DNA of 64,000 nucleotides from Sedimentisphaerales bacterium (lineage in GTDB: Bacteria > Planctomycetota > Phycisphaerae > Sedimentisphaerales > SM23-30). Within the stretch, counting starts at the first letter, position 1, and each line of letters begins with the position of its first letter. Position numbers and translations under genes: made by a program. Shown one piece after another: positions 53,824-63,688 of the stretch. The stretch lies in NCBI GenBank assembly GCA_963666285.1, contig OY762711.1; one strand, 5' to 3'. Below the pieces are notes generated by a model, which saw nothing but the letters and a program-made list of their open reading frames with translations, was not told the DNA's origin and made no database searches.

Positions 53824-55105
53824 CCTTAATCCTTTTTGCCATTTTTATATTTTCTAGTATTTTCAATCCTGCCGGACAGCAATAGCTGCACAAACCACAT
53901 TCCAGGCAATCAAATAAACCGTATTGTTCAGCCTTTATAAAATCTTGAAGCTCTATCAGATCGTTCAGTCTAATTGGGTCCAGAGCTGCAGGACAAAATT
54001 CAATACAGCGACCACAATTCAAACAGCGGTCCGGTGCGTTTCTGGACGATTCTTTTATAACTACATAACTCTCACAAAATGGTCCTATGACTGTTCGAGC
54101 CGGATCAACTGCTGCCCCGGTAAGACTTCTACCTGCAACAATACATTCATAATGATTTTTGACCTGTGCTATTTCCAGTAACTCTGATACCGGTAATCCA
54201 ACCGGTACCAGGTAATGCCCCGGATTATCAACTGCATCACCACAAACTGTTACTATTCGCTCTGTCGGATTAATACCTGCTAATATCGCTCTTTCAATTA
54301 ATGCTAATGTCTGAATATCAAATACCACACTGTGTTCTGTGTCTTTTCTGCTAATTACTGACTGCCTGCACAGAGTTTGCAAGACACACTTAGGATGATA
54401 CTGGGGATATTTTTCACTTATGGGAACTGTAAGAACCTGCCAGTTATCTGGATTCTCTGTGTCAATCTCAAGCTCATTTGGATAAGCCATTATCGCAGTC
54501 TCAGCTTCGAAAAAATGTTTCATAAGAGCCAGCCCGGTATAAACTATATCAGGATAACTATTCAAAATGGCTGCCGGGGTATTAATATCCGGTTCCGGAG
54601 ATGCTGCATTAGCAATTACAATACGTATATGTTTTGATTTTAATTCACACAGCTTATCATAAAGCAAAACACCATCAGAACACACAATCCCGGTTTTGGA
54701 TATAAGTTCCAGGATATAGCTGGAATCTGTTTTTTCCGGCATCACGGATTTATTCCCATGACCTACATATATCCGTGTACAAAATGATTTGCTCGGCTTT
54801 ATACATATTGCCCGGCATTCTCCATATTTTTGTATCTGACAATATGTAAGGGATACAATCTCACCATCACATGGACTGTATATCGGTTCCGGGGAACAAG
54901 CCAGAACTTCTCCCGCTGATACCCTGCTGCCATCATTGTTCTTAATTTCCGCCGGCATGCCTTCATACTCTGGCACAGGTATAAATAAGTTGCCCGTATA
55001 ACCATCCAGCTCGGTTATCTCAAAAGATGGTATCTCCCCCAGTGGAGAAAGATATATTCCACGCGGGAAATTTCGCTCTATATTGTGACGCTTAAGAAAA
55101 TTCAA
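53813..55105 (-). CDS. Divergent RnfC-like Fe-S protein
   Basis: N-terminal barrel-sandwich (PIYSPCDG), KYPQ, ERIVTVCG, two CxxCxxCxxxCP motifs; GxGGAGFP and GGPMMG absent. Confidence 0.8.
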   Translation of the reverse strand: MNFLKRHNIERNFPRGIYLSPLGEIPSFEITELDGYTGNLFIPVPEYEGMPAEIKNNDGSRVSAGEVLACSPEPIYSPCDGEIVSLTYCQIQKYGECRAICIKPSKSFCTRIYVGHGNKSVMPEKTDSSYILELISKTGIVCSDGVLLYDKLCELKSKHIRIVIANAASPEPDINTPAAILNSYPDIVYTGLALMKHFFEAETAIMAYPNELEIDTENPDNWQVLTVPISEKYPQYHPKCVLQTLCRQSVISRKDTEHSVVFDIQTLALIERAILAGINPTERIVTVCGDAVDNPGHYLVPVGLPVSELLEIAQVKNHYECIVAGRSLTGAAVDPARTVIGPFCESYVVIKESSRNAPDRCLNCGRCIEFCPAALDPIRLNDLIELQDFIKAEQYGLFDCLECGLCSYCCPAGLKILENIKMAKRIKDGK

Positions 55106-55179
55106 TGCTTTTACATTCCAGAGTTACATATTAGCTTTCAGTCATCTTTGATAAATATCTCGTCAGACCGCATTCCGGT

Positions 55180-56103
55180 TTATTGGTAATTTTTCAGTCT
55201 GCCATCAATTATTATCACCTTGGATTCTTGCAATAGCTTCTCCTGCAGGTCCAGTATCTGTTGATTGGACTTCTTCCGTATTACAATTTCACTCAGCTCA
55301 GTTCTCTCAAATGGTATATCAACCTTAGGTATTATTTTTTCAAGCCTGATTTTATACCAATACTGCCGACCATTATCTACAACCTGAAAAGATTCACTTA
55401 TATCTCCTGAATTAGACAAATTAAATGCCTGGTTTCGCAATGCTTCCGGAAGATGGGTGTCCTTCAAAGAAAATGCCGATACAAAACCTCCGTTTCTAAG
55501 CGAAGTTTCATCTTCGGAATATTCAAGAACTACATTATCAAAACTCTTGCCCAAAGACAGTTCTGTCTCTGCCCGTTCAATACTTCTGGCAGAACTTACT
55601 GACAAAAGCATTACAGAACGCTTCTGGCCGTATAATCGAATATATTCATCCTGTAGCTCTTCTTCTGAAACTTCTGCCGGCACCTCTATACATGCTCGAA
55701 GAATGGCCTGCTTTTTTAATATAAGATCGAACAATTCAGGTGTCAGCCCACGTTTTTTCAATACAAACGCAAATATAGCTCGCTGATCTGACTCCGGCTT
55801 ATCTGGTGCTATCTCACTAAGAAATCGTTTAAACTCATCGGCATACATCTCATCGGTCAGCACAATTCCCTTATCTGCCGCATATTGTAGCACCACCTCA
55901 AGCAGTACCATATCATCCATGACCTTACGACCATAAGCTCGCAATACCAGATCGTCCAGCTCATGCTGGGCGATAAATTTCCCATTTACTGCCGCACAAG
56001 ATTTTACCGTGGGTGTATCCAAAATACCGGCTCTATTACTGCCAACGTTATCACAGCCGACTATGAAAACTAACATTAAAAATAAATAATATCGAATATT
56101 CAT
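55180..56103 (-). CDS. PpiC/PrsA-type peptidyl-prolyl isomerase lipoprotein
   Basis: Lipobox IVGC; GKSFD...EYSED...NGG...AFNL..GDIS parvulin pattern. Confidence 0.75.
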   Translation of the reverse strand: MNIRYYLFLMLVFIVGCDNVGSNRAGILDTPTVKSCAAVNGKFIAQHELDDLVLRAYGRKVMDDMVLLEVVLQYAADKGIVLTDEMYADEFKRFLSEIAPDKPESDQRAIFAFVLKKRGLTPELFDLILKKQAILRACIEVPAEVSEEELQDEYIRLYGQKRSVMLLSVSSARSIERAETELSLGKSFDNVVLEYSEDETSLRNGGFVSAFSLKDTHLPEALRNQAFNLSNSGDISESFQVVDNGRQYWYKIRLEKIIPKVDIPFERTELSEIVIRKKSNQQILDLQEKLLQESKVIIIDGRLKNYQ

Positions 56104-56107
56104 AAAA

Positions 56108-56356
56108 TTATTCTTCAACTTCTGAAGCAACTACTGCTTTTTTTGTTTCATATCTTCTAATTGATGCTCTATAACTACTTACTGCTGCAAATATGCCGCA
56201 AGATAAGCTTATTACCGCTCCTGCATTAATAGTAATTAAACCTAACGGAATTGGTATACTTGCTAATGGCCTGAATATTGACATAAAAACACCCACTAAC
56301 AAAGTCGTCAGAATAAACATTACTATTGCACCCACAACACCTATCACATATCTCAT
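56108..56356 (-). CDS. Small two-TM membrane protein
   Basis: 82 aa, two hydrophobic helices, tightly packed in the operon. Confidence 0.7.
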   Translation of the reverse strand: MRYVIGVVGAIVMFILTTLLVGVFMSIFRPLASIPIPLGLITINAGAVISLSCGIFAAVSSYRASIRRYETKKAVVASEVEE

Positions 56357-56369
56357 AATATATCCTGAT

Positions 56370-57482
56370 TTATACTTGTCTAAACGGATCTTTATCTTTT
56401 GTACTTACAAAAGCGTCCAGCTGTTTGAATTCTTCCTTTATCTGCCTGGCAATACGTTTCAGGATAATTCGCTCTGAATTACTATGGCTAGTACAGATTG
56501 TCGTTACCCCCGCCGCCTGAAGCTGCAGTGCATCATGATGCTTCAACTCGCCGGTCATAAAGAAATCACAACCTGTCGCTATTACATCACCTATCAGGCA
56601 TCCGCATGAACCGGCTCCGACTGCTGCTTTTGTTACCTTTGCCGTTGCTGAACCGATCAATCCAACGCTTTCTATTTTAAGTTGCCTTTTCACTTCAGTA
56701 ATAAGCTCAGCTGCTTTTACAGGCTTGGCCAACTCGCCAAATCTTCCCAAACCATGACTAGCGTTCTGTATCAGGGGGTAGACATCATATGCTACTTCTT
56801 CATAACTGTGAGCTGCCTCCATCGCACCTAAAACTTCATTCAGCCTGTCTTTAGGCACTATTGTTTCCAGGCGATACTCATTTACTTCCTCAAAGCTGCC
56901 CGGCTTACCTATCGATGGTTTGCTTGCCAAACCGCAATTAAAGGTACCTGTTCCGTCAACCCGGTAACTGCATTTGGTATATTTGGCATTCTCACCGATC
57001 ACACCGGCCCCCGCACCAAACATCGCTTCACTGACAGTCTCAAACTCATTTACTGGCACAAATACCACCACCTTATAATAACTGGATTCAACATGAGCGG
57101 CTTTCGCCAGTGGTTTTGGTTCTACAATTCCAATTATCCCGGCAAGCAAATCATTAATCCCGCCCTCTGCCATATCCAACGCTGTATGCATCGAATAAAT
57201 GGCCATACCATTTCGAATCACATCATATAACAGCGGCGATGTGCCCCTGCCTGGCAAAACACGTTTTATCGCACTGAATATTGGTGGATGATATGCCAGT
57301 ATCAAATCAACCTTCTTTTGTTTTGCTTCCTCAAGTACTTCTGTCGTCAGGTCAATAGTCAAAATCACATTTTTAATCTTCTGCTCTGGGTCACCTGTCA
57401 AAAGGCCCACATTATCCCAATCTTCTGCTAACTCCAGGGGAGCTATTTTTTGTAAAAAAGGTAATATTTCCACTAATTTCAT
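56370..57482 (-). CDS. Nif3-like dinuclear metal-centre protein with PII-like insertion
   Basis: AEDWDNVGL, YHP, HTALD, GAGVIG, AHSYEEVAYD, TGELKHH, HSNSE. Confidence 0.92.
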   Translation of the reverse strand: MKLVEILPFLQKIAPLELAEDWDNVGLLTGDPEQKIKNVILTIDLTTEVLEEAKQKKVDLILAYHPPIFSAIKRVLPGRGTSPLLYDVIRNGMAIYSMHTALDMAEGGINDLLAGIIGIVEPKPLAKAAHVESSYYKVVVFVPVNEFETVSEAMFGAGAGVIGENAKYTKCSYRVDGTGTFNCGLASKPSIGKPGSFEEVNEYRLETIVPKDRLNEVLGAMEAAHSYEEVAYDVYPLIQNASHGLGRFGELAKPVKAAELITEVKRQLKIESVGLIGSATAKVTKAAVGAGSCGCLIGDVIATGCDFFMTGELKHHDALQLQAAGVTTICTSHSNSERIILKRIARQIKEEFKQLDAFVSTKDKDPFRQV

Positions 57483-57525
57483 AAATTTTTCTTCCTGTCG
57501 TAAATACTATCTCTTTTTCGCAATA

Positions 57526-57628
57526 TTTAGAGCACTCCTATTTCTGATGAAGTCAGCCGAAACCGCAACAGGCAAAAAGCGAACTCACCACAAAGTGATG
57601 CGAAGCATAAAAATTAAATTGCTCTAAA
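57526..57628. repeat. ~103-bp element bounded by inverted repeats (possible MITE)
   Basis: tttagagca (57526-57534) / tgctctaaa (57620-57628), with imperfect extension inward and outward; single copy in the window. Confidence 0.35.
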
Positions 57629-57889
57629 CTTTGCATATATCTCCATAAGAGCTTACAGGTAATACCCTTACGCAATATTTGCCACTTATTACATTTCTGC
57701 CGTAATTCAACATAAGTATAAGCATAGTAGCCATTTATTTCACGGATAAATTTTCCGATACTATTATTCCTGCCATTTTCCTCAAAAAATTGATACCAGG
57801 TTTAAATTCAATGAAACTATTGGTGAAATAATAACCAATTGATATTATAATACTTCAAAAAGAACTTATAGGAGAAACCATTAAATATA

Positions 57890-58687
57890 ATGCGTATCAT
57901 TTTGCCAATTAAACAGGTACCGGAAACTCGCAAAGTTCGGATGGACGAAAAAACTGGAACGGTTATAAGGGAAGGCGTTGAGTCAATCATAAACCCACTT
58001 GACTTATATTCCATCGAATTTGCCTTGAAAATTAAAGAACATATTAAATGCGAGATAATCGGAATTAGTATGGGACCTGAAAAAGCTGAAGTTGCTCTCA
58101 AAGAAGCAATCGCTATGGGTATTGACTCTGCTAGATTAATTAGCGACCGGGCTTTTGCCGGCAGTGACACCTGGGCAACCAGCTATGTTCTGTATAAAGC
58201 AATTCAAAAAATTGGTAATGTTGATCTGGTTATCTGCGGTGAAAGAGCCACTGATGGCGACACAGGTCAGGTTGGCCCCGGAATCGCCGCTTTTATGGAT
58301 ATTCCGGTTGTAACCTATGTCAGTAGCTTAAATAATATCTGTCCTGAATATTGCACTATCGACCGAACTATTGAACATGGTCACGAAACACTCAAAACTG
58401 AATTCCCGGCGGTTCTGACTGTTGTTAAGGAAATTGGCGAGCCGAGACTTCCTACCCTTAAAGGAAAAATACAAGTCAAAAATACTGTTATTCCGCACTG
58501 GAACCTAAACGACCTTGGAATCGAAGCAAACAAAGTCGGGCTGAAAGGCTCACCGACTCGGGTGATGAAAATATTTAGGCCGCAGGTTACCCGTGAATGC
58601 AAACTGCTTTATGCCGACGATGAACCCAAAATGGAATCTACCGTGAACCGGCTGGCTAAAAGTATTAGAGATATGGAGTTGTTTTAA
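57890..58687 (+). CDS. etfB: Electron transfer flavoprotein beta subunit
   Basis: KQVP, NPLD, SMGP, DRAFAGSDT, ATDGDTGQVGP, GLKGSPT. Confidence 0.95.
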   Translation: MRIILPIKQVPETRKVRMDEKTGTVIREGVESIINPLDLYSIEFALKIKEHIKCEIIGISMGPEKAEVALKEAIAMGIDSARLISDRAFAGSDTWATSYVLYKAIQKIGNVDLVICGERATDGDTGQVGPGIAAFMDIPVVTYVSSLNNICPEYCTIDRTIEHGHETLKTEFPAVLTVVKEIGEPRLPTLKGKIQVKNTVIPHWNLNDLGIEANKVGLKGSPTRVMKIFRPQVTRECKLLYADDEPKMESTVNRLAKSIRDMELF

Positions 58688-58688
58688 T

Positions 58689-59690
58689 ATGACCGCGGTA
58701 AATGCCGACATTTGGATATTAGCAGAACAATCCCAGGGGATAATTCAGCGTGTCACTTTTGAACTTATAACTCGTGGATTGAAACTGTCTGCAAAACGGA
58801 ATTGTAAACTGTGTGTTATGCTCTTTGGCCATGGAATCTCCGACCAGGATTTACAGGACTTAATCGACCGGGGAGCAAACAAAATCGTTTATTTAGAACA
58901 TACCGACTTGAAAGATTTCTTAATTGAACCGTTTTCCGATGCTATGTGCGGTATTATCAGCCAATATAATCCTGAAGTTATTCTCGCCGGGGCAACCACA
59001 ACCGGAAGAACACTCATGCCGTATGTGGCAATTAAAGTCAATACCGGACTGACCGCCGATTGCACCTCGCTTGACATTGAGCCGGAAACAGGCAACCTGA
59101 TTCAGACACGCCCTGCTATCGGCGGCAATATTATGGCATCTATCCTGACACCAGAACATCGCCCGCAGATGGCAACGGTTCGTCCCAGGTCTACTAGCTC
59201 CGCAGAAAACAATGGACCTCGAATAGGTGAAATCATCAAAACTTCACCTGAAAAACTAACCTCAAGCCGGCTGACGTTAGTTAAATTTTCGCCATTTGAA
59301 GATAAAATTAATATTTCCGATGCTGATATTGTCGTTACTGTCGGCAGAGGTATCAAGAAAAAAGAAAATCTGTCTATTATATATGATCTGGCAGAAACTC
59401 TTAACGCTGCTATTGGTGCTACCAGGGAAGTAGTCGATCGCGACTGGCTCAGTTATTCTCACCAGGTTGGACTCAGCGGGCACACCATATCACCTAAACT
59501 TTATATCGGCATAGGACTTTCCGGCAGTATACAGCATATTGCCGGCATGCAGACATCGGAAAAAATAATTGCTATAAATAATGATCCTGATGCCCAGATT
59601 TTCAAGCTGGCCGACTATGGCATAGTAGGCGATCTATTCGAAATAGTGCCTTTACTCACCCAAAAGCTGAGGGACGGGGCAAAACTATGA
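58689..59690 (+). CDS. etfA: Electron transfer flavoprotein alpha subunit
   Basis: TGLTADCT, QTRPAIGGNIMA, RPQMATVRP, QVGLSG, SGSIQH, AINND. Confidence 0.95.
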   Translation: MTAVNADIWILAEQSQGIIQRVTFELITRGLKLSAKRNCKLCVMLFGHGISDQDLQDLIDRGANKIVYLEHTDLKDFLIEPFSDAMCGIISQYNPEVILAGATTTGRTLMPYVAIKVNTGLTADCTSLDIEPETGNLIQTRPAIGGNIMASILTPEHRPQMATVRPRSTSSAENNGPRIGEIIKTSPEKLTSSRLTLVKFSPFEDKINISDADIVVTVGRGIKKKENLSIIYDLAETLNAAIGATREVVDRDWLSYSHQVGLSGHTISPKLYIGIGLSGSIQHIAGMQTSEKIIAINNDPDAQIFKLADYGIVGDLFEIVPLLTQKLRDGAKL

Positions 59691-61123
59691 TAAACAAAAC
59701 TAATTATAACCCTGTTACCAGTCAAATAGCTGACATGCTCGCTGAAATTGTCGGAAACAAATATGTCATCTTTGGCGATAGCCACGAACTCGAACAATAT
59801 TCCCACGACGAAATACCAGACAGAAACTATGCCAGAATGCCGGAAGTTGTTCTTCGACCTGGCACAACAGAAGAAATTGCTCAGATTATGACTCTGGCTA
59901 ACCGCGAGCTTATACCCGTCACCCCGCGTGGTGCCGGATCTGGTCTTTCAGGCGGTGCTGTCCCGGTCCACGGCGGAATTGTTCTGCTCACTGACAGGAT
60001 GAACTCTATTATCGAGTTTGACAAAGATAATATGATGATCACCGTTGAGCCTGGCATGATCACAAACGAGATTAATGAATATCTTGAAGAATTCGGGCTT
60101 TTCTTTGCCGGATATCCGATGAGCGGAGAAACTTGCTATATCGGCGGCAACGTCGCTGAAAATGCTGGCGGTGGCAAGGCTGTCAAATATGGCGTCACCG
60201 GCAGATATATCCTGGGGCTGGAAATTGTTACCCCGGTCGGGAAAGTCATCCGGCTCGGCGGAAAACTCATCAAGGACGTTGCCGGATATAATCTGATCGG
60301 ATTAATTACAGGATCGGAAGGAACCCTGGCTGTTATCACCAAAATAACACTCAAACTCATGCCGCTTCCCAAACACCAGGTTGACCTGCTATGCCTGTTC
60401 AATACCTCACAAGATGCTATTCAAACCGTGCCAAAGATAATGACAGAATGCGGTATCATCCCAACAGCAATTGAATTTATGGATAGAAATGCCGTTCAGG
60501 CTGCCTGTCAATATCTGAACGAATCTATTCCCTACCATCAGGCAGGAGCTATGCTTATTATCACTGTTGACGGCAGCAACTCACAGCAGGTTGAAACCGA
60601 ATACGAACTAATTGGCAAGCTTTGCGAAAAATACGGAGCGATTGAGGTTTACGTTGCCGATAACCCGACCACTTCGGAAAGAATCTGGAAAATACGAAGA
60701 AATATCGGGGAAGCTTATAATATTATTAGTAAAAGGCAAAGTAACGAGGATATCGCTGTCCCCCCTGCCTCTATCCCGCAAATGGTTACTATTCTTGGTA
60801 ATTTATCCCAAAAATATAATGTGATGATACCTTGTTTCGGTCATGCCGGTGATGGTAACCTGCATGCCAGGATCGTCTCTGATCCTCAATGGTCCGATGA
60901 AAAATGGTACCAGATTCTTCCACAATTGCTGGATGAACTTTATGACGAAACTGCTCGACTTGGCGGCACTATCTCAGGAGAGCATGGTATCGGCCATAAA
61001 CGTAAAGGATCCCTGGCAAAAGTAGCCGATTCGAATTATCTCGATATTCTCCGTTCAATTAAAATGGCATTTGACCCAAACAATATATTGAACCCCGGCA
61101 AAATCTTTGACATGAAACAATAG
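59687..61123 (+). CDS. FAD-linked oxidoreductase (GlcD/LctD family; lactate/glycolate dehydrogenase-like)
   Basis: PRGAGSGLSGG, IGGNVAENAGG, KYG, GSEGTL, GHAGDGNLH, SGEHGIG, NPGK. Confidence 0.92.
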   Translation: MINKTNYNPVTSQIADMLAEIVGNKYVIFGDSHELEQYSHDEIPDRNYARMPEVVLRPGTTEEIAQIMTLANRELIPVTPRGAGSGLSGGAVPVHGGIVLLTDRMNSIIEFDKDNMMITVEPGMITNEINEYLEEFGLFFAGYPMSGETCYIGGNVAENAGGGKAVKYGVTGRYILGLEIVTPVGKVIRLGGKLIKDVAGYNLIGLITGSEGTLAVITKITLKLMPLPKHQVDLLCLFNTSQDAIQTVPKIMTECGIIPTAIEFMDRNAVQAACQYLNESIPYHQAGAMLIITVDGSNSQQVETEYELIGKLCEKYGAIEVYVADNPTTSERIWKIRRNIGEAYNIISKRQSNEDIAVPPASIPQMVTILGNLSQKYNVMIPCFGHAGDGNLHARIVSDPQWSDEKWYQILPQLLDELYDETARLGGTISGEHGIGHKRKGSLAKVADSNYLDILRSIKMAFDPNNILNPGKIFDMKQ

Positions 61124-61143
61124 CAAATATAAGGAATACACAA

Positions 61144-62184
61144 ATGAAAGCAATGCAGCTTACCGGCATAAACCAGATGAAAATGCTTGATGTCCCTGAT
61201 CCGGAAATAGAAAATGATACTGATGTATTAATAAAGATGCTTTGTGTAGGCGTTTGCGGCAGCGATATTCACTATTTTGAAACAGGAAAAATTGGCAGTC
61301 AGGTTGTTGAATACCCATACACTGTCGGCCATGAAGGTGCCGGTGAAGTAGTCGCTGTTGGCAAAGCTGTTACACATGTCAAACCCGGTGACCGCATAGC
61401 TGTTGAACCGGCGATGCCTTGCTGGCAATGTGACCAATGCAAAGCTGGCAGGCACAACACCTGTCGCAAATTGAAATTCCTCGGCTGCCCCGGTCAGGCC
61501 GAAGGCTGCCTGAGCGAATACCTGGTTATGCCGGAAACCAGCTGCTTCAAAATTAGCGACAATCTCTCTATGCAGGAAGCTGCCCTTTCTGAACCGCTCG
61601 CTATTGGTGTTTATGCTGTCAAACAGTCAATTCCTATGCCAAAAGCCAAAATCGGTGTTCTCGGCACCGGCCCAATTGGGTTCAGCGTCTTTTTGCCGGC
61701 TTTAGCTCAAGGTGCTGCAAAAATATATGCAACAGATAAGATAGATGCCCGCTTAAAACTTGCCCAAAAAGCAGGTGTCTCTTGGACCGGCAACCCCAAA
61801 AAAAGCGATATCGTCGAAGAAATACTATCACGAGAACCACTTGGACTTGATGTTGTTTTTGACTGCTGCGGTGATCAGGAAGCACTGGATCAGGCAATTG
61901 AGTTACTCAAACCTGGCGGCAAGCTCATGATTATCGGTATCCCCAGATTCGATCGGTTCGCTTTCCCGGTTGACCTGCTTCGCCGCAAGGAATTATGTCT
62001 GCAAAACGTTCGCAGACAATGCGATTGCGTAGAAGATGCCTTGGCTATGATCGATCGCAAAGATTTCAATGTCAATATTATGGCCACCCACCACTTCAAC
62101 TTCGAACATACTCAAGAAGCCTTCGACTTGGTGGCAGGTTACAAAGACGGTGTACTTAAAGCTATGATCCATTTTGACCAATAA
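61144..62184 (+). CDS. Zinc-dependent MDR dehydrogenase (sorbitol/iditol-like)
   Basis: GVCGSD, GHE, CxxCxxC...C, GTGPIG. Confidence 0.9.
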   Translation: MKAMQLTGINQMKMLDVPDPEIENDTDVLIKMLCVGVCGSDIHYFETGKIGSQVVEYPYTVGHEGAGEVVAVGKAVTHVKPGDRIAVEPAMPCWQCDQCKAGRHNTCRKLKFLGCPGQAEGCLSEYLVMPETSCFKISDNLSMQEAALSEPLAIGVYAVKQSIPMPKAKIGVLGTGPIGFSVFLPALAQGAAKIYATDKIDARLKLAQKAGVSWTGNPKKSDIVEEILSREPLGLDVVFDCCGDQEALDQAIELLKPGGKLMIIGIPRFDRFAFPVDLLRRKELCLQNVRRQCDCVEDALAMIDRKDFNVNIMATHHFNFEHTQEAFDLVAGYKDGVLKAMIHFDQ

Positions 62185-62201
62185 ACACTACTAATAAATC
62201 A

Positions 62202-62705
62202 ATGTTAAAAAGTTTCGCCCCATTGGAAAACAAGAATTGCAGAATACTTATTCTTGGCACTATGCCCAGTGTAGAATCACTGGCAAAGCAGCAGTATTAC
62301 GGTTTCAAATACAATGCTTTCTGGCCGATTATGGGCAATTTACTGAATTTCGATCCGGAAATACCTTATAACGAGCGTTGCAATTACCTTCCCCAGCACG
62401 GCATCGCTCTTTGGGATGTACTCAAAAACTGCCGGCGCAAAGGTAGTCTCGACAGTAATATCACAGACGAAATCCCAAACGACTATCTTTCTTTCTTAAA
62501 CCAACACCCCAAAATTCACTCCGTATTCTTCAATGGCGGCCCAGCTGAAAAACTTTTCAAAAAGCACATAGCCCCTGTTATCCCGAAACATATAGACAAA
62601 CTGCACTTCCATCGTCTGCCATCAACCTCACCTGCCAATGCCAGGCTAAATTTTGAGCAGAAACTGAAGTACTGGAGCATCATTCTCAATAAAATAAACC
62701 TCTAA
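62202..62705 (+). CDS. UDG-superfamily DNA-deoxyinosine glycosylase-like protein
   Basis: LILGTMPS, YY...NAFW, LWDV, GSLDS, FNG, LPSTSPAN. Confidence 0.85.
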   Translation: MLKSFAPLENKNCRILILGTMPSVESLAKQQYYGFKYNAFWPIMGNLLNFDPEIPYNERCNYLPQHGIALWDVLKNCRRKGSLDSNITDEIPNDYLSFLNQHPKIHSVFFNGGPAEKLFKKHIAPVIPKHIDKLHFHRLPSTSPANARLNFEQKLKYWSIILNKINL

Positions 62706-62828
62706 CAAAAAGGATTATTACAGCAATATCAGCTGAAAACCTTTTTGTTAGAAGTTTTATGGGTAATACATTTAGAGTATTTCTAAAAATTGCTTTTGTT
62801 GCGAAAGATGATTTTTTAGAGACGCCCT

Positions 62829-63533
62829 TTAGTCTTCCAGCTTCTTGCCGGTCCATGGACAATAAGACCAGGAAATGTGAGCATCTTTACCATTAGGACA
62901 TTTTCGCGGTACATGGAGAGTATCAAGCGGTAAACTGATATTAGCTTCAGCTTTACTCCCATTTCTCATCGAAACAGATAATGATATATTTCCCTTTTCA
63001 TATGGATTCATCAGTCTTTCTGAACTGGTACTGGTATCATCAAATACATAAAAATGCATATTTCTTCCCATCTCGCCCATTGCATTTGCCAGCATTGGCC
63101 TGAAAGCTGATAAAAATACTTCTATTTCTGTCTTAACCTTCGTCATAGGTGCTAATTTACGCTTCTGCTCAGATTTATCTTCATAATATACCTCCAGATT
63201 TCTTTCCACTTCTTCTTGAGGATAAAATCTGAAAGCGCCAAATGCTGAAATATCTGCTTCACATACTGCCAGGATAGAAACTCCCGCAAATACTTCCAGT
63301 GTCTCTTTTTTCTCTGCTTCAGAAATCGATGAATCCTGCTCAAAAGTTGCAGCCCAAAACTCATATGGTATCCACCAGAACACTACCATATTACTGTCAC
63401 CAACTCCTGATGGCTCAGGCTGGGTTTCAGTTGTCAACTTATCTGTATTAACGTCAGCTAATTTTTTACGTTCTATTGCTAACAAAGGCGTAACAACAAC
63501 AAGCAATAAAATAACAGCGAATTTGATTTTCAT
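62829..63533 (-). CDS. Secreted hypothetical protein with C-terminal CP...WxYCPxxG motif
   Basis: Signal peptide MKIKFAVILLLVVVTPLLA after an AAAGG SD. Confidence 0.7.
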   Translation of the reverse strand: MKIKFAVILLLVVVTPLLAIERKKLADVNTDKLTTETQPEPSGVGDSNMVVFWWIPYEFWAATFEQDSSISEAEKKETLEVFAGVSILAVCEADISAFGAFRFYPQEEVERNLEVYYEDKSEQKRKLAPMTKVKTEIEVFLSAFRPMLANAMGEMGRNMHFYVFDDTSTSSERLMNPYEKGNISLSVSMRNGSKAEANISLPLDTLHVPRKCPNGKDAHISWSYCPWTGKKLED

Positions 63534-63688
63534 AACACGACCTTTCAAAATAATTATTATCTTTTTCATATATCTCCGAGTTTGCAATTATAGACCGCAC
63601 GACATGTCGAAACAAGTAAATAATATGAATATTTAGTATTTAGACTAACACTTGCTATTATCCTCCTTACTCTCTTATAATAACTGAC

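Noticed and set aside
57544..57562. CTGATGA...GAAA resembling a hammerhead ribozyme core
   Set aside because: The intervening agtcagcc cannot form stem II, and no stems I/III with an NUH site could be built.
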